NCBI GenBank assembly: GCA_017504625.1
Contig: JAFVQU010000016.1
Location: 9,129-73,128, forward strand
Length of the DNA: 64,000 nucleotides
Reading direction: 5' to 3'
Source of the DNA: Clostridia bacterium
GTDB lineage: Bacteria > Bacillota > Clostridia > Oscillospirales > CAG-272
Shown here in pieces: positions 19,376 to 27,302 of the stretch; positions within the stretch are counted from its first letter, which is position 1; every line of letters starts with the position of its first letter. The notes under the pieces were generated by a model, which was given only the letters and a program-made list of their open reading frames with translations, did not search any database and was not told the DNA's origin. The position numbers were made by a program, and so were the translations under genes.

Positions 19376-19735
19376 TTATTCCTTATACGCCTCGATCATT
19401 CGCCGAATTTCCTCGACCTCGGCGGCACTCAATTTTTTACGCGACGTGAACGCGGCGATAAAGGCGGGAAGCGAGCCGTCAAAGGTTTCTCCGACGAATT
19501 TTTCGCTCTGGATCGCCTGAAATTCCTCTTTTGTAAGTATTGCGCTCACCACGCTGTTTTCGGTTTTGAAAATTCCGCGCTCGCAGAGCTTTTTGAGTAC
19601 GGTGTAGGTCGTCGTACGCTTCCAGTTAAGCTCTTCTTCGCAAAGCGCTACCAAATTTTTTGTTGAGATAGGTGCGTTAGCCCAGACTATATCAGCAAAA
19701 CGCGACTCTACCAAGCCAAGTCGTTTATCTTCCAT
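19376..19735 (-). CDS. BlaI/MecI/CopY-family transcriptional repressor
   Basis: Winged-helix repressor pattern (ESRFADIVW...TTTYTVLKKLCERG). ATG 19735 is preceded by GGAGG. Its stop lies 10 nt from the blaR1-like start. Confidence 0.85.
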   Translation of the reverse strand: MEDKRLGLVESRFADIVWANAPISTKNLVALCEEELNWKRTTTYTVLKKLCERGIFKTENSVVSAILTKEEFQAIQSEKFVGETFDGSLPAFIAAFTSRKKLSAAEVEEIRRMIEAYKE

Positions 19736-19762
19736 AAAAATACCTCCAATGATAGAAAATGT

Positions 19763-19806
19763 GTCTATTACGAATAGACTGTATACATAGTCTATCATCA
19801 ATAGAC
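19763..19806. promoter_or_regulatory. Putative BlaI-type operator array
   Basis: Two copies of GTCTAT-N5-ATAGAC (19763-19779 and 19790-19806) flank a central TGTATACA palindrome, 28-70 nt upstream of the blaI-like start. Confidence 0.6.
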
Positions 19807-19980
19807 AACTTTGTCAAGAGATTTTGGAAAATTTTTTGGGAAATTTTTTGAGCGGTGAAGGAATGGCGGGACTCTGAACCTTGTTTTGCGCTTGAAAATC
19901 AACTTTTGGCGGCGCAGATTGCGCGCAAAACGAGAAAATGCTCCGCATTTTCGGGGTTCTTCGTCGGCAATAATCTTGAA

Positions 19981-20009
19981 AAAACAAAAAAGAGGGATAA
20001 ACCCTCTCT
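19981..20009 (-). terminator. Terminator of tRNA-Thr
   Basis: On the minus strand: AGAGGG-TTTAT-CCCTCT followed by TTTTTTGTTTT. Confidence 0.7.
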
Positions 20010-20017
20010 TTTGTTTT

Positions 20018-20093
20018 TGGAGCTAATGGCGGGACTTGAACCCGCGACCTGTTGATTACGAATCAACTGCTCTACCAACTGAGCCACATTAGC
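20018..20093 (-). tRNA. tRNA-Thr (anticodon CGT)
   Basis: The reverse complement folds as acceptor GCTAATG/CATTAGC, anticodon loop TTCGTAA, T-loop TTCAAGT, encoded CCA. Confidence 0.9.
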
Positions 20094-20305
20094 GACTTAA
20101 ATATTATACCACATTACAAATCAATTTGCAATACCTTTTTAAAAAATAATTATTTTATTTCTGCGTGGTGTTGATGGTGCGGGCGGGGCGACCCCGCCCC
20201 TACGGAAGAATGCTTGCGCGACAAGCGGACAGTCGGGACGCCTGTCCCTACGAAACAAACCATATTTGTCTTCTTTTGAGGAGTTTTTGGAAAAGATAGG
20301 GGTGT

Positions 20306-20347
20306 GGGGGAAGAAAAACCTTTTTGGAAAAAGGTTTTTCTTCCCCC
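20306..20347. terminator. Palindromic terminator-like element (family member)
   Basis: GGGGGAAGAAAAACC-TTTTTGGAAAAA-GGTTTTTCTTCCCCC, just downstream of the kdgK stop. Confidence 0.6.
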
Positions 20348-20369
20348 ACAATCTCTATTCTATTCCAAA

Positions 20370-21398
20370 TTATCTCTGAATTCTGCCCGAGCCGTCGCCG
20401 CCTGCGAGCTTTTCGACCTCTGCGACCGTGACCATATTGTAGTCGCCCTCGATCGAGTGCTTGAGCGCGGACGCCGCAACTGCAAACTCAACTGCGCCCT
20501 GAGTGGTCTTGCCGTTCATGAGCGAGTAGATAAGTCCGCCGCCGAAGGAGTCGCCGCCGCCTACGCGGTCGATGATGTGGAGATCGTACTTCTTGGAGAA
20601 GCAATATTCGTCGTCTGCCACGTTATAAAGCATTGCCGACCAGCCGTTGTCGAAAGCCGAGCGGCTCTCACGGAGCGTGATCGCAACGTACTCAAAGCCA
20701 AACTTGTCAGCGAGCTGCTTTGCAACCGACTTGTAGCCGTCGTGGTTGAGCTTGCCGCCGTAAATGTCTGTAGCCTCTGCCTCGATGCCGAATACGTCCT
20801 TTGCGTCCTCCTCGTTCGAGATGCAGACGTCAACGTACTGACAAAGCTCGGTCATAGCCTCGCGCGCCTCGGCTCTCGTCCAGAGCTTGCCGCGGTAGTT
20901 GAGGTCACAGGAGATCTTAATTCCTCTTGCCTTTGCCGCCTTGCATGCATCGCGGCAGATATCAACTACGTTTGCGCCAAGCGCAGGGGTGATGCCTGTG
21001 AAGTGGAACCACTCTACACCCTCGAAAATGCTGTCCCAGTCGAAGTCCTCGCGGCTCGCCTTTGCGATCGCCGAGTTTGCGCGGTCGTAAATGCAAACGG
21101 AGCCTCTCTGCGACGCGCCCTTTTCGTTGAAGTAAATGCCAACTCTATCGCCGCCGCGCACGATCTTCGTCGTATCAACTCCGTAACGGCGGAGCGAATT
21201 CACTGCCGCCTGACCGATAGCGTGTGCGGGGAGCTTGGTCACGTAAGCTACGTCCATGCCGTAGTTTGCAAGAGAAACCGCAACGTTTGCCTCGCCGCCG
21301 CCAAACGTGAATTCCACGTGGTCGCACTGCACGAATCTCTCGTAGTTGTAGGGCTGAAGTCTGAGCATAAGCTCGCCAAATGTAATTACCTTTGCCAT
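20370..21398 (-). CDS. kdgK: 2-dehydro-3-deoxygluconokinase (PfkB family)
   Basis: MAKVITFGELMLRL N-terminus, GGGEANVAVSL and VGGGDSFGGG PfkB signatures. Adjacent to eda. Confidence 0.85.
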   Translation of the reverse strand: MAKVITFGELMLRLQPYNYERFVQCDHVEFTFGGGEANVAVSLANYGMDVAYVTKLPAHAIGQAAVNSLRRYGVDTTKIVRGGDRVGIYFNEKGASQRGSVCIYDRANSAIAKASREDFDWDSIFEGVEWFHFTGITPALGANVVDICRDACKAAKARGIKISCDLNYRGKLWTRAEAREAMTELCQYVDVCISNEEDAKDVFGIEAEATDIYGGKLNHDGYKSVAKQLADKFGFEYVAITLRESRSAFDNGWSAMLYNVADDEYCFSKKYDLHIIDRVGGGDSFGGGLIYSLMNGKTTQGAVEFAVAASALKHSIEGDYNMVTVAEVEKLAGGDGSGRIQR

Positions 21399-21579
21399 AA
21401 TTTTTTCTTTGGAAAACTTTTTGTAAAAAGTTTTCCAAGCCTTTCAAAAACTTTAAATATATTTTTTGTGTGATACCGTCATAAAACCTAAAATGTCTGC
21501 AACTAAAAACCATTCTCAAGGAAGTTCTTTGGAGGTCTGGAACCTTTCTCTCAAGAAAGGTTCCAAAAAACGCGTCCCC

Positions 21580-22539
21580 TTAATACTGCACGAGATGGTA
21601 AGCGAAGCCGCCTATTTCCTCGGCGATGTAGATAAATTTCATAATGCCCTTGTCGTCGTAGGTTGCGGTAGAATAATCGAACTTAACGCCACGTCGCTCA
21701 AGGTGGTAAACCGCGCGCTCTACGCTATTGGTTTCGATGGCGATATGACCGTGAGTGCCGGGACCCTTTTCCTTCATCATTTCAAACGCAGTACCTACGA
21801 AGATCGATTTTGCGTTTTCATTCGGTTCAAACGAGAAGAAGCTTTGAAGCTTGCTTGCCGCCGAGCCTGCTGTATCGTTGCAGGGATTGATTCCGATGTG
21901 TCTGAACTTAAATCCGAGCATTGTGTCAACTGCCTGACGGACGAGCTTGGTGATGCCCTCGAAGTCGCCTTCCGCAATCATTTCGGGCTTTACCATCCAG
22001 GAGCCGCCGCAGCAGAATATTTTGGAAAATGCGAGATAATCGTTAACGTTTGAGGGCGAAACACCGCCCGTGGGCATAAATTTAACCGCGCCGTAGGGGG
22101 CAGACATAGCCTTGATCATATTAAGGCCGCCCGACTGCTCTGCGGGGAAGAATTTTACTGTGTTGATGCCGAGAAGGAGAGCCTGCTCAATACCTGTGGG
22201 GTTGTTGATTCCGGGAACAACGGGGCAGCCCTTTTCCTGACAGTATCTTACGATGTCGGGGTTAAGACCGGGGCTTACGATAAACTTGGCTCCTGCCTCG
22301 ACGGCGTCGTCAACCTGATTTTTTGTAAGCACGGTGCCCGCGCCAACGATCATATCGGGATATTCCTTTGCGATGATAGCGATAGCCTCCTTCGCGCAAG
22401 AAGTACGGAAGGTAACCTCGGCGCAGGGCAGACCGCCGTCGATGAGTGCCTTAGCAAGAGGCTTTGCATCCTCGGCTTTGTCTATTTTGATGACGGGCAC
22501 AAGACCTATTTTTGAGAGCTCATTAATGACGTTGTTCAT
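21580..22539 (-). CDS. eda: KDPG/KHG aldolase (Eda) fused to a C-terminal VOC/glyoxalase-like domain
   Basis: The first ~205 aa are Eda-like (GLVPVIKID..., GLPCAEVTFRT, PTGGV). The last ~110 aa (FRHIGINP...HGHIAIETN...) resemble a vicinal-oxygen-chelate fold. Confidence 0.8.
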   Translation of the reverse strand: MNNVINELSKIGLVPVIKIDKAEDAKPLAKALIDGGLPCAEVTFRTSCAKEAIAIIAKEYPDMIVGAGTVLTKNQVDDAVEAGAKFIVSPGLNPDIVRYCQEKGCPVVPGINNPTGIEQALLLGINTVKFFPAEQSGGLNMIKAMSAPYGAVKFMPTGGVSPSNVNDYLAFSKIFCCGGSWMVKPEMIAEGDFEGITKLVRQAVDTMLGFKFRHIGINPCNDTAGSAASKLQSFFSFEPNENAKSIFVGTAFEMMKEKGPGTHGHIAIETNSVERAVYHLERRGVKFDYSTATYDDKGIMKFIYIAEEIGGFAYHLVQY

Positions 22540-22575
22540 TTTTAATCTCCTTGGTATACATATTATTACATCTTA

Positions 22576-22604
22576 ATTATAATCCTATCCCGAAGCCTTG
22601 TCAA
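22576..22604 (-). promoter_or_regulatory. Consensus promoter of the eda-kdgK operon
   Basis: Minus strand: TTGACA, 17 nt, TATAAT. Confidence 0.65.
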
Positions 22605-22647
22605 GAGCGAAAGTTGTTATTTATTAAGCTAAAAGTTTCCTTTTTAC

Positions 22648-22690
22648 ATATAAAAACAAATAAATCCCGCAGCGTTTTCGTTGCGGGATT
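22648..22690 (-). terminator. Terminator after the pyridoxal-family kinase gene
   Basis: AATCCCGCA-loop-TGCGGGATT followed on the minus strand by TTATTTGTTTTT. Confidence 0.75.
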
Positions 22691-22706
22691 CATGGTTTCG
22701 TTAAAA

Positions 22707-23531
22707 TTATAAATATTTGCCCGATGCGAGTACCTTTTCAAAATGCACGCCGTACCATATCGGCTTTTCGTCGTTGATCGTCGCGTCGATAGAGTCGCAT
22801 ACGAAATCAGCCGCGATAGCGCTTGCTTCGGGGAGCGTCTTGCCGTTGACAAGCGAGGAGAAGCAGACCGAGGCGAAAATGTCGCCCGTGCCGTGGAAGC
22901 TCTGCGGCTTCTTTTCGTTGTAATCGTAGAAAAATTCGCCGCTTTCGCTATCGTAGCCGTAGCAGCCGAGCTTATCGTCCTCAAAGCCAACGCCCGTAAG
23001 CACTGCCTTCTTGCAGCCGAGCTTTGTGAGCGAGATGAGGATATCCTTGATATATTCCTCATCGTAGCCATTGGAAATATAAGGCTTGTCGAGCATAAAG
23101 CAAGCCTCGGTGAGATTGGGCACGATGATGTCGGCGGCGGCGCAAAGCTTTGCCATTTCGTGCGCGAATTCCACGTCAAAGCCGACGTAGAGCTTGCCGT
23201 TGTCGCCCATTGCGGGATCGACGAACTTGAGCTTGCCCTCGCCGAAGTTCTTGAAGATGTCAAGCACGAGGTCTATCTGTCGCTTTGAGCCGAGGTAGCC
23301 CGTGTAGATCGCATCAAACTCGATCTGCTGCTCAAGCCAGTGGTTGCAAATGGGTTCTATATCGTCTGTCAGATCTCTGAAAGTAAAATTTTTGAACGCG
23401 GTGTGCGTTGAGAGTGTTGCTGTCGGCAAAATGCCCGCCTCAATGCCGAACGCCGAGATTATCGGGAGCGCTACGGTAAGAGAGCATTTACCGACGCAGG
23501 AAATGTCCTGCACGGAGAGAATTCTTTTCAT
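22707..23531 (-). CDS. Pyridoxal/pyridoxine/pyridoxamine kinase (ribokinase superfamily)
   Basis: ILSVQDISCVGKCSL N-terminus and the HGTGDIFAS motif typical of PdxK/PdxY-type kinases. Confidence 0.8.
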   Translation of the reverse strand: MKRILSVQDISCVGKCSLTVALPIISAFGIEAGILPTATLSTHTAFKNFTFRDLTDDIEPICNHWLEQQIEFDAIYTGYLGSKRQIDLVLDIFKNFGEGKLKFVDPAMGDNGKLYVGFDVEFAHEMAKLCAAADIIVPNLTEACFMLDKPYISNGYDEEYIKDILISLTKLGCKKAVLTGVGFEDDKLGCYGYDSESGEFFYDYNEKKPQSFHGTGDIFASVCFSSLVNGKTLPEASAIAADFVCDSIDATINDEKPIWYGVHFEKVLASGKYL

Positions 23532-23636
23532 TTTGCGTTTTTCCTTTCGCCTTGTGGCGTTTTTAATAAATATATTATATTACAAGGAAAAAATAATGTC
23601 AAGATTTTTCTCTCGGTTATTTGTTTCAAAAATAAC

Positions 23637-23665
23637 TTTACAAAAAAAGCCTTATATGGTATAAT
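23637..23665 (+). promoter_or_regulatory. Promoter of nrdR
   Basis: TTTACA, 17 nt, TATAAT. Confidence 0.55.
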
Positions 23666-23766
23666 TGTATAGATGAAAAGGGGAATGTTTCTCCCGAAAA
23701 AGAAAAATACAATAAATTGTCGAATTATAAACTATACGTTTATACAGTGACGGTCAGGAGACAGAT

Positions 23767-24228
23767 ATGAGATGTCCTTTTTGCGGATTTGAGGAGAGCA
23801 AGGTGCTTGAAACGAGAACCGTGCCCGAGCGCAACAGTATAAAGAGAAGAAGAGAGTGCCTTGAGTGTCAGAAGCGCTTTAACACCTTTGAGGTGCTTGA
23901 GTCGGTGCAGATATTCGTTATCAAGAAAAACGGCGACAAGGAGCTTTTTGACCGCACCAAGCTGCTTGCGGGCGTGCTTAAGGCGACGCAGAAGCGCCCC
24001 GTCAACGCCGACGAGATAGTTACCGAGATAGAATACGAGCTTCAGAACTCGCTTAAAAACGAGGTGACCTCGGTTGAGGTCGGAGAGCTTGTTATGGAAA
24101 AGCTGAAGGCGAGAGATCACGTCGCGTACGTTCGTTTTGCCTCGGTATACCGCGAGTTTACCGACGTTGAGAGCTTCCTCAACGAGCTGCTTGAGCTTAA
24201 AAATAAGAACAGCACCAAGCTTGATTAA
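23767..24228 (+). CDS. nrdR: Transcriptional repressor NrdR
   Basis: MRCPFCG...C..C zinc ribbon followed by an ATP-cone; 153 aa. Confidence 0.95.
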   Translation: MRCPFCGFEESKVLETRTVPERNSIKRRRECLECQKRFNTFEVLESVQIFVIKKNGDKELFDRTKLLAGVLKATQKRPVNADEIVTEIEYELQNSLKNEVTSVEVGELVMEKLKARDHVAYVRFASVYREFTDVESFLNELLELKNKNSTKLD

Positions 24229-24357
24229 GCTTTGGCGAGCCGGAGCGTTAAATTCGTTTGAACCTCGAATGTTAGTATATATAGTAAGGACTTTTATCGG
24301 AGAATCGTTATTAAAGTAAAATTTTTAGAGAGAATTTGTGGCATGGAGGTTTGAAAT

Positions 24358-25011
24358 ATGTACTTAACTAATGTAAAAAAATTCGTTAGGATGGGAACAA
24401 ACGTAATACCAACGCATGAAAAGTGTATGAAGGAAATGCTAGGGCCTGCTTTGTTTGCAGGTATGGGAGTATTCTTTTGTTGTTTATTGAAAGGATATTA
24501 TCTTCTTATAGCTTTGGCCCTTGTTCTCATTGTCGCGTTGAATATGATAATTACGTATAAAATATCCTCTTGCACAATGACTTTACGAAGATGTCTGATG
24601 TTAAAGTCTGTTCTCTATGTCACATATATTATTGTTTTGTCGCTGTTTGAATTGATATTCTTTTTAATGTGGAAAGGATTACATCCGAGCGTTATCTTAC
24701 TGTACATACCTATAATTATAATCCCGATATGGATAATGTGGCAAAACAATAGAATAATGAAAAAAGAAACAGAATACACTCCCAAATCAACTGTAGTTAG
24801 CAACATAGGGAAAATGGGATTCACCTCGGGTATTATAGGCGCTAATATTGCCAGAATATTCAAAAATGTTGAGCAATCTACAGCAATAATAATTATTTTA
24901 ATAGGAGTTACTTTTGTTAATTCTCTCATGTCCGTGGGTTTGGGATTTATACAGAAGGTATACTGGGCTGAAAAGTATAGAATAACCTTTGAGGATGATA
25001 ACAAATGTTAA
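24358..25011 (+). CDS. Polytopic membrane protein, unknown function
   Basis: About 6 predicted hydrophobic helices; RBS GGAGG 8 nt upstream; AT-rich codon usage. Confidence 0.55.
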   Translation: MYLTNVKKFVRMGTNVIPTHEKCMKEMLGPALFAGMGVFFCCLLKGYYLLIALALVLIVALNMIITYKISSCTMTLRRCLMLKSVLYVTYIIVLSLFELIFFLMWKGLHPSVILLYIPIIIIPIWIMWQNNRIMKKETEYTPKSTVVSNIGKMGFTSGIIGANIARIFKNVEQSTAIIIILIGVTFVNSLMSVGLGFIQKVYWAEKYRITFEDDNKC

Positions 25012-25045
25012 GACTGACATTCTTGCATTACACAAAGGAGAACAT

Positions 25046-25549
25046 ATGAAATTAAAATTGATTAGATTGGCAAATGTTTTCAACCCTTCATTTCATCGAT
25101 CATTTATAATTTTGTTTGCAGTAATTTCAATAGGTGCTGTATGCTTTAAGTTCAGATTGGATTTTGTATTTTCCGGGCTTGTGTTGCTTTTGATTTATTC
25201 TATTGTATTTCCAATATTTAATTATCCTCGACATATAGAATTTTGCGATCACCGCATTTGTTATGCTTCCCCCGAAAATCTCCCAAGAAAACGAGGGAAA
25301 GGATTTATAAGTGTAAAAGTTAGCTATCAGGTGTCGGATATTACAAAACTTACTTTGGAGCAGAGCAAAATAGAGCAATTGTTTGGATTGGCGCATGTTG
25401 TTTTTAGTGGCAAAACAACAATAGATGCAGGAAAACATACCGAACGATTTCGTCCTAAGGATGTTCATTGTATTTATGGTATCCGCTATAGCAAACACAG
25501 GGATGACATATCTCTATACAGCGAGCACTATTTATCGAACGACAAATAA
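25046..25549 (+). CDS. Membrane protein with bacterial PH (bPH_2/YdbS-like) domain
   Basis: Two N-terminal TM helices followed by ...LTLEQSKIEQLFGLAHVVFSG..., reminiscent of bPH_2 domains. ATG 25046 is preceded by AAAGGAGA. Confidence 0.45.
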   Translation: MKLKLIRLANVFNPSFHRSFIILFAVISIGAVCFKFRLDFVFSGLVLLLIYSIVFPIFNYPRHIEFCDHRICYASPENLPRKRGKGFISVKVSYQVSDITKLTLEQSKIEQLFGLAHVVFSGKTTIDAGKHTERFRPKDVHCIYGIRYSKHRDDISLYSEHYLSNDK

Positions 25550-25578
25550 TATAAATTAACCTCAGAAAGGAACCAAAG

Positions 25579-26232
25579 ATGAAAAGAAAGATTGTAGCTT
25601 CAATCTGCATCTTATTTGTGTTAATCACTCTAATTGTTGTTCCGTCGTGTTCGGGGAACCCGTCAGGTGCCCCCAGTGTTAAGGATATAATATCAAAAAG
25701 AATCCCCAAAATAGGACTAGCATTTGGCGTAAATAGATGTGGAAGACTGTTTGGCTGTACCCCTGAAGAGTTCTTAGACGGTAATTTCGATGCGGTTGAT
25801 GATATTGGCTATCTATGCCAAACCGCCAAAATTGATTCTGACGGTTCATTGGTTTTATATTTTACAGAAGAACAATTGACCAAATTTAAAAAATCAGATT
25901 TTTTGACTAACTTTGATGAATACGAAAACATTAAGGTGTCATCAGATCTTACAGAAATAACTCTATATGGGTATGAAGAAACAATCCTTGATGATTTTTT
26001 ATCATTTACAGTTATTTTTGATAAATTAGTTTTGTTTCAACAGCTCAATATGATTTCGCTTGACGATATCAATGTTTCATACCAAATAAAAGATGCGGTT
26101 AGGCACGATCTCGTGTATTCGGAATCATGGTATAATGGGTGGTATAACGACGGAGATTATGATGCTGGTAAAGGATATACTGCCACAGTTAGCGCAATTT
26201 TAAGATATCCCTTTAGCACCATGGAAGAATAA
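25579..26232 (+). CDS. Putative lipoprotein, unknown function
   Basis: Signal peptide with lipobox-like VPSC|SG. No motif recognised in the remainder. Confidence 0.55.
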   Translation: MKRKIVASICILFVLITLIVVPSCSGNPSGAPSVKDIISKRIPKIGLAFGVNRCGRLFGCTPEEFLDGNFDAVDDIGYLCQTAKIDSDGSLVLYFTEEQLTKFKKSDFLTNFDEYENIKVSSDLTEITLYGYEETILDDFLSFTVIFDKLVLFQQLNMISLDDINVSYQIKDAVRHDLVYSESWYNGWYNDGDYDAGKGYTATVSAILRYPFSTMEE

Positions 26233-26262
26233 ATAATAGTTTTCATTAATTAAAAAAATTTC

Positions 26263-26290
26263 CCCCACTCCTTCGGGAGTGGGGTTTTTT
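26263..26290 (+). terminator. Rho-independent terminator
   Basis: CCCCACTCC-ttcg-GGAGTGGGG followed by T6. A degenerate copy lies at about 27160-27195. Confidence 0.8.
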
Positions 26291-26363
26291 GTACTTGCAA
26301 ATTGTACCAAAATATGTTATACTTACCATTAGACCTTAGCAACTTAACATTTCGGAGAGACAT

Positions 26364-27008
26364 ATGCTAGAAAAAACAATGAAAAAAATCAATGAAATAG
26401 AAAAGGGCGAATGTCATTTAGATAATGGCAATGCAAAGCTTTTTACTCCCATTAAGGAACTAAGAACTGATAATTGTGATTTTGATAAAAACTATCTTTA
26501 TGAAATGTATCCACCTTTGTCTGACGATAAGATAGATCAATATGTACAGTATTATAAACACAGTTTTCCAGAAGAATTAAAACATTTGTATAGATACACC
26601 AATGGAATTCGACTTTTTGACAGATATATATCTGTTGCCGGAATAGAACCACCTAATACGCCCTGGCCCAATCACGGTGGAAGATCATACACGCCAATAC
26701 AATTAGTAGATACGTGGGGCAATGCTCCGCGCGATCAAAAGCATTATGGAGATGGGAGACTCTTTTTTGCTTGGTATGATACATATCACCAACCTCAAAA
26801 ATTTGTGTATATGGATTGTACAGATTCCTCGTTGAAAAAACCGGTGCACCTATGTTATAAAGGCAGTGAGGAAGTCATTGAATCGTGGGAATCATTTGAC
26901 GAATGGTTCTCTTGTGAATATGAAAAATATTTACAAAAATATAATAATAAAGATTATCAAGTTGTTTCTTTTGGAAACGAAATAGTTAAGAAAATATATT
27001 TTGATTAA
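26364..27008 (+). CDS. SMI1/KNR4 (SUKH-1)-like protein, possible immunity-type protein
   Basis: LKHLYRYTNGIRLFDRYISVAG resembles the core SMI1_KNR4 motif. The size and acidic/aromatic composition fit. Unverified without a profile search. Confidence 0.45.
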   Translation: MLEKTMKKINEIEKGECHLDNGNAKLFTPIKELRTDNCDFDKNYLYEMYPPLSDDKIDQYVQYYKHSFPEELKHLYRYTNGIRLFDRYISVAGIEPPNTPWPNHGGRSYTPIQLVDTWGNAPRDQKHYGDGRLFFAWYDTYHQPQKFVYMDCTDSSLKKPVHLCYKGSEEVIESWESFDEWFSCEYEKYLQKYNNKDYQVVSFGNEIVKKIYFD

Positions 27009-27302
27009 TAATATATACTAACATTGTTTCAGAGCGAACCATACAATCTCCACTATCCTAGTGAAATTGTAAAAATAGGCGTTTCTCCTTTCATTGTGGT
27101 ATTGTAACATAACATTTAAGATCAATCATTCTTGCATTTATGATCTTAGACAAAGTGTTTTAAAAAATTACCCCACTCCTTCGAGAGTGCGAAGTTCTTA
27201 TAAAAGAAAATACGGCAGAGAATTACCCTGCCGTATTTTTTTGCCTTTTTTGAGTAATAATAGCCTTATATTAGAGTTTTGTGTGTGGGGGCGATATTAT
27301 AT

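Larger units (their letters stand above)
24229..27302 (+). other. AT-rich accessory island (four co-oriented genes of unknown function)
   Basis: Hand counts of two 60-nt lines inside give 17/60 G+C each, against 30/60 for a line in nrdR. The composition change is sharp at both edges. Confidence 0.7.

Noticed and set aside
19855-20087. Two 62-66 aa ORFs
   Set aside because: They overlap tRNA-Thr and its terminator on both strands.
20304-21473. 389-aa ORF on the plus strand
   Set aside because: It is entirely antisense to the well-supported kdgK gene and begins inside a palindromic repeat. Its Ala/Val/Leu/Arg-rich composition is typical of antisense frames in GC-rich codon-biased genes. It has no RBS.
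22601-23263. 220-aa Ser/Ala/Thr/Arg-rich ORF; likewise 42803..43369
   Set aside because: These are alternative frames of the pyridoxal-family kinase gene and of ftsZ respectively. They are low-complexity and have no start signals.
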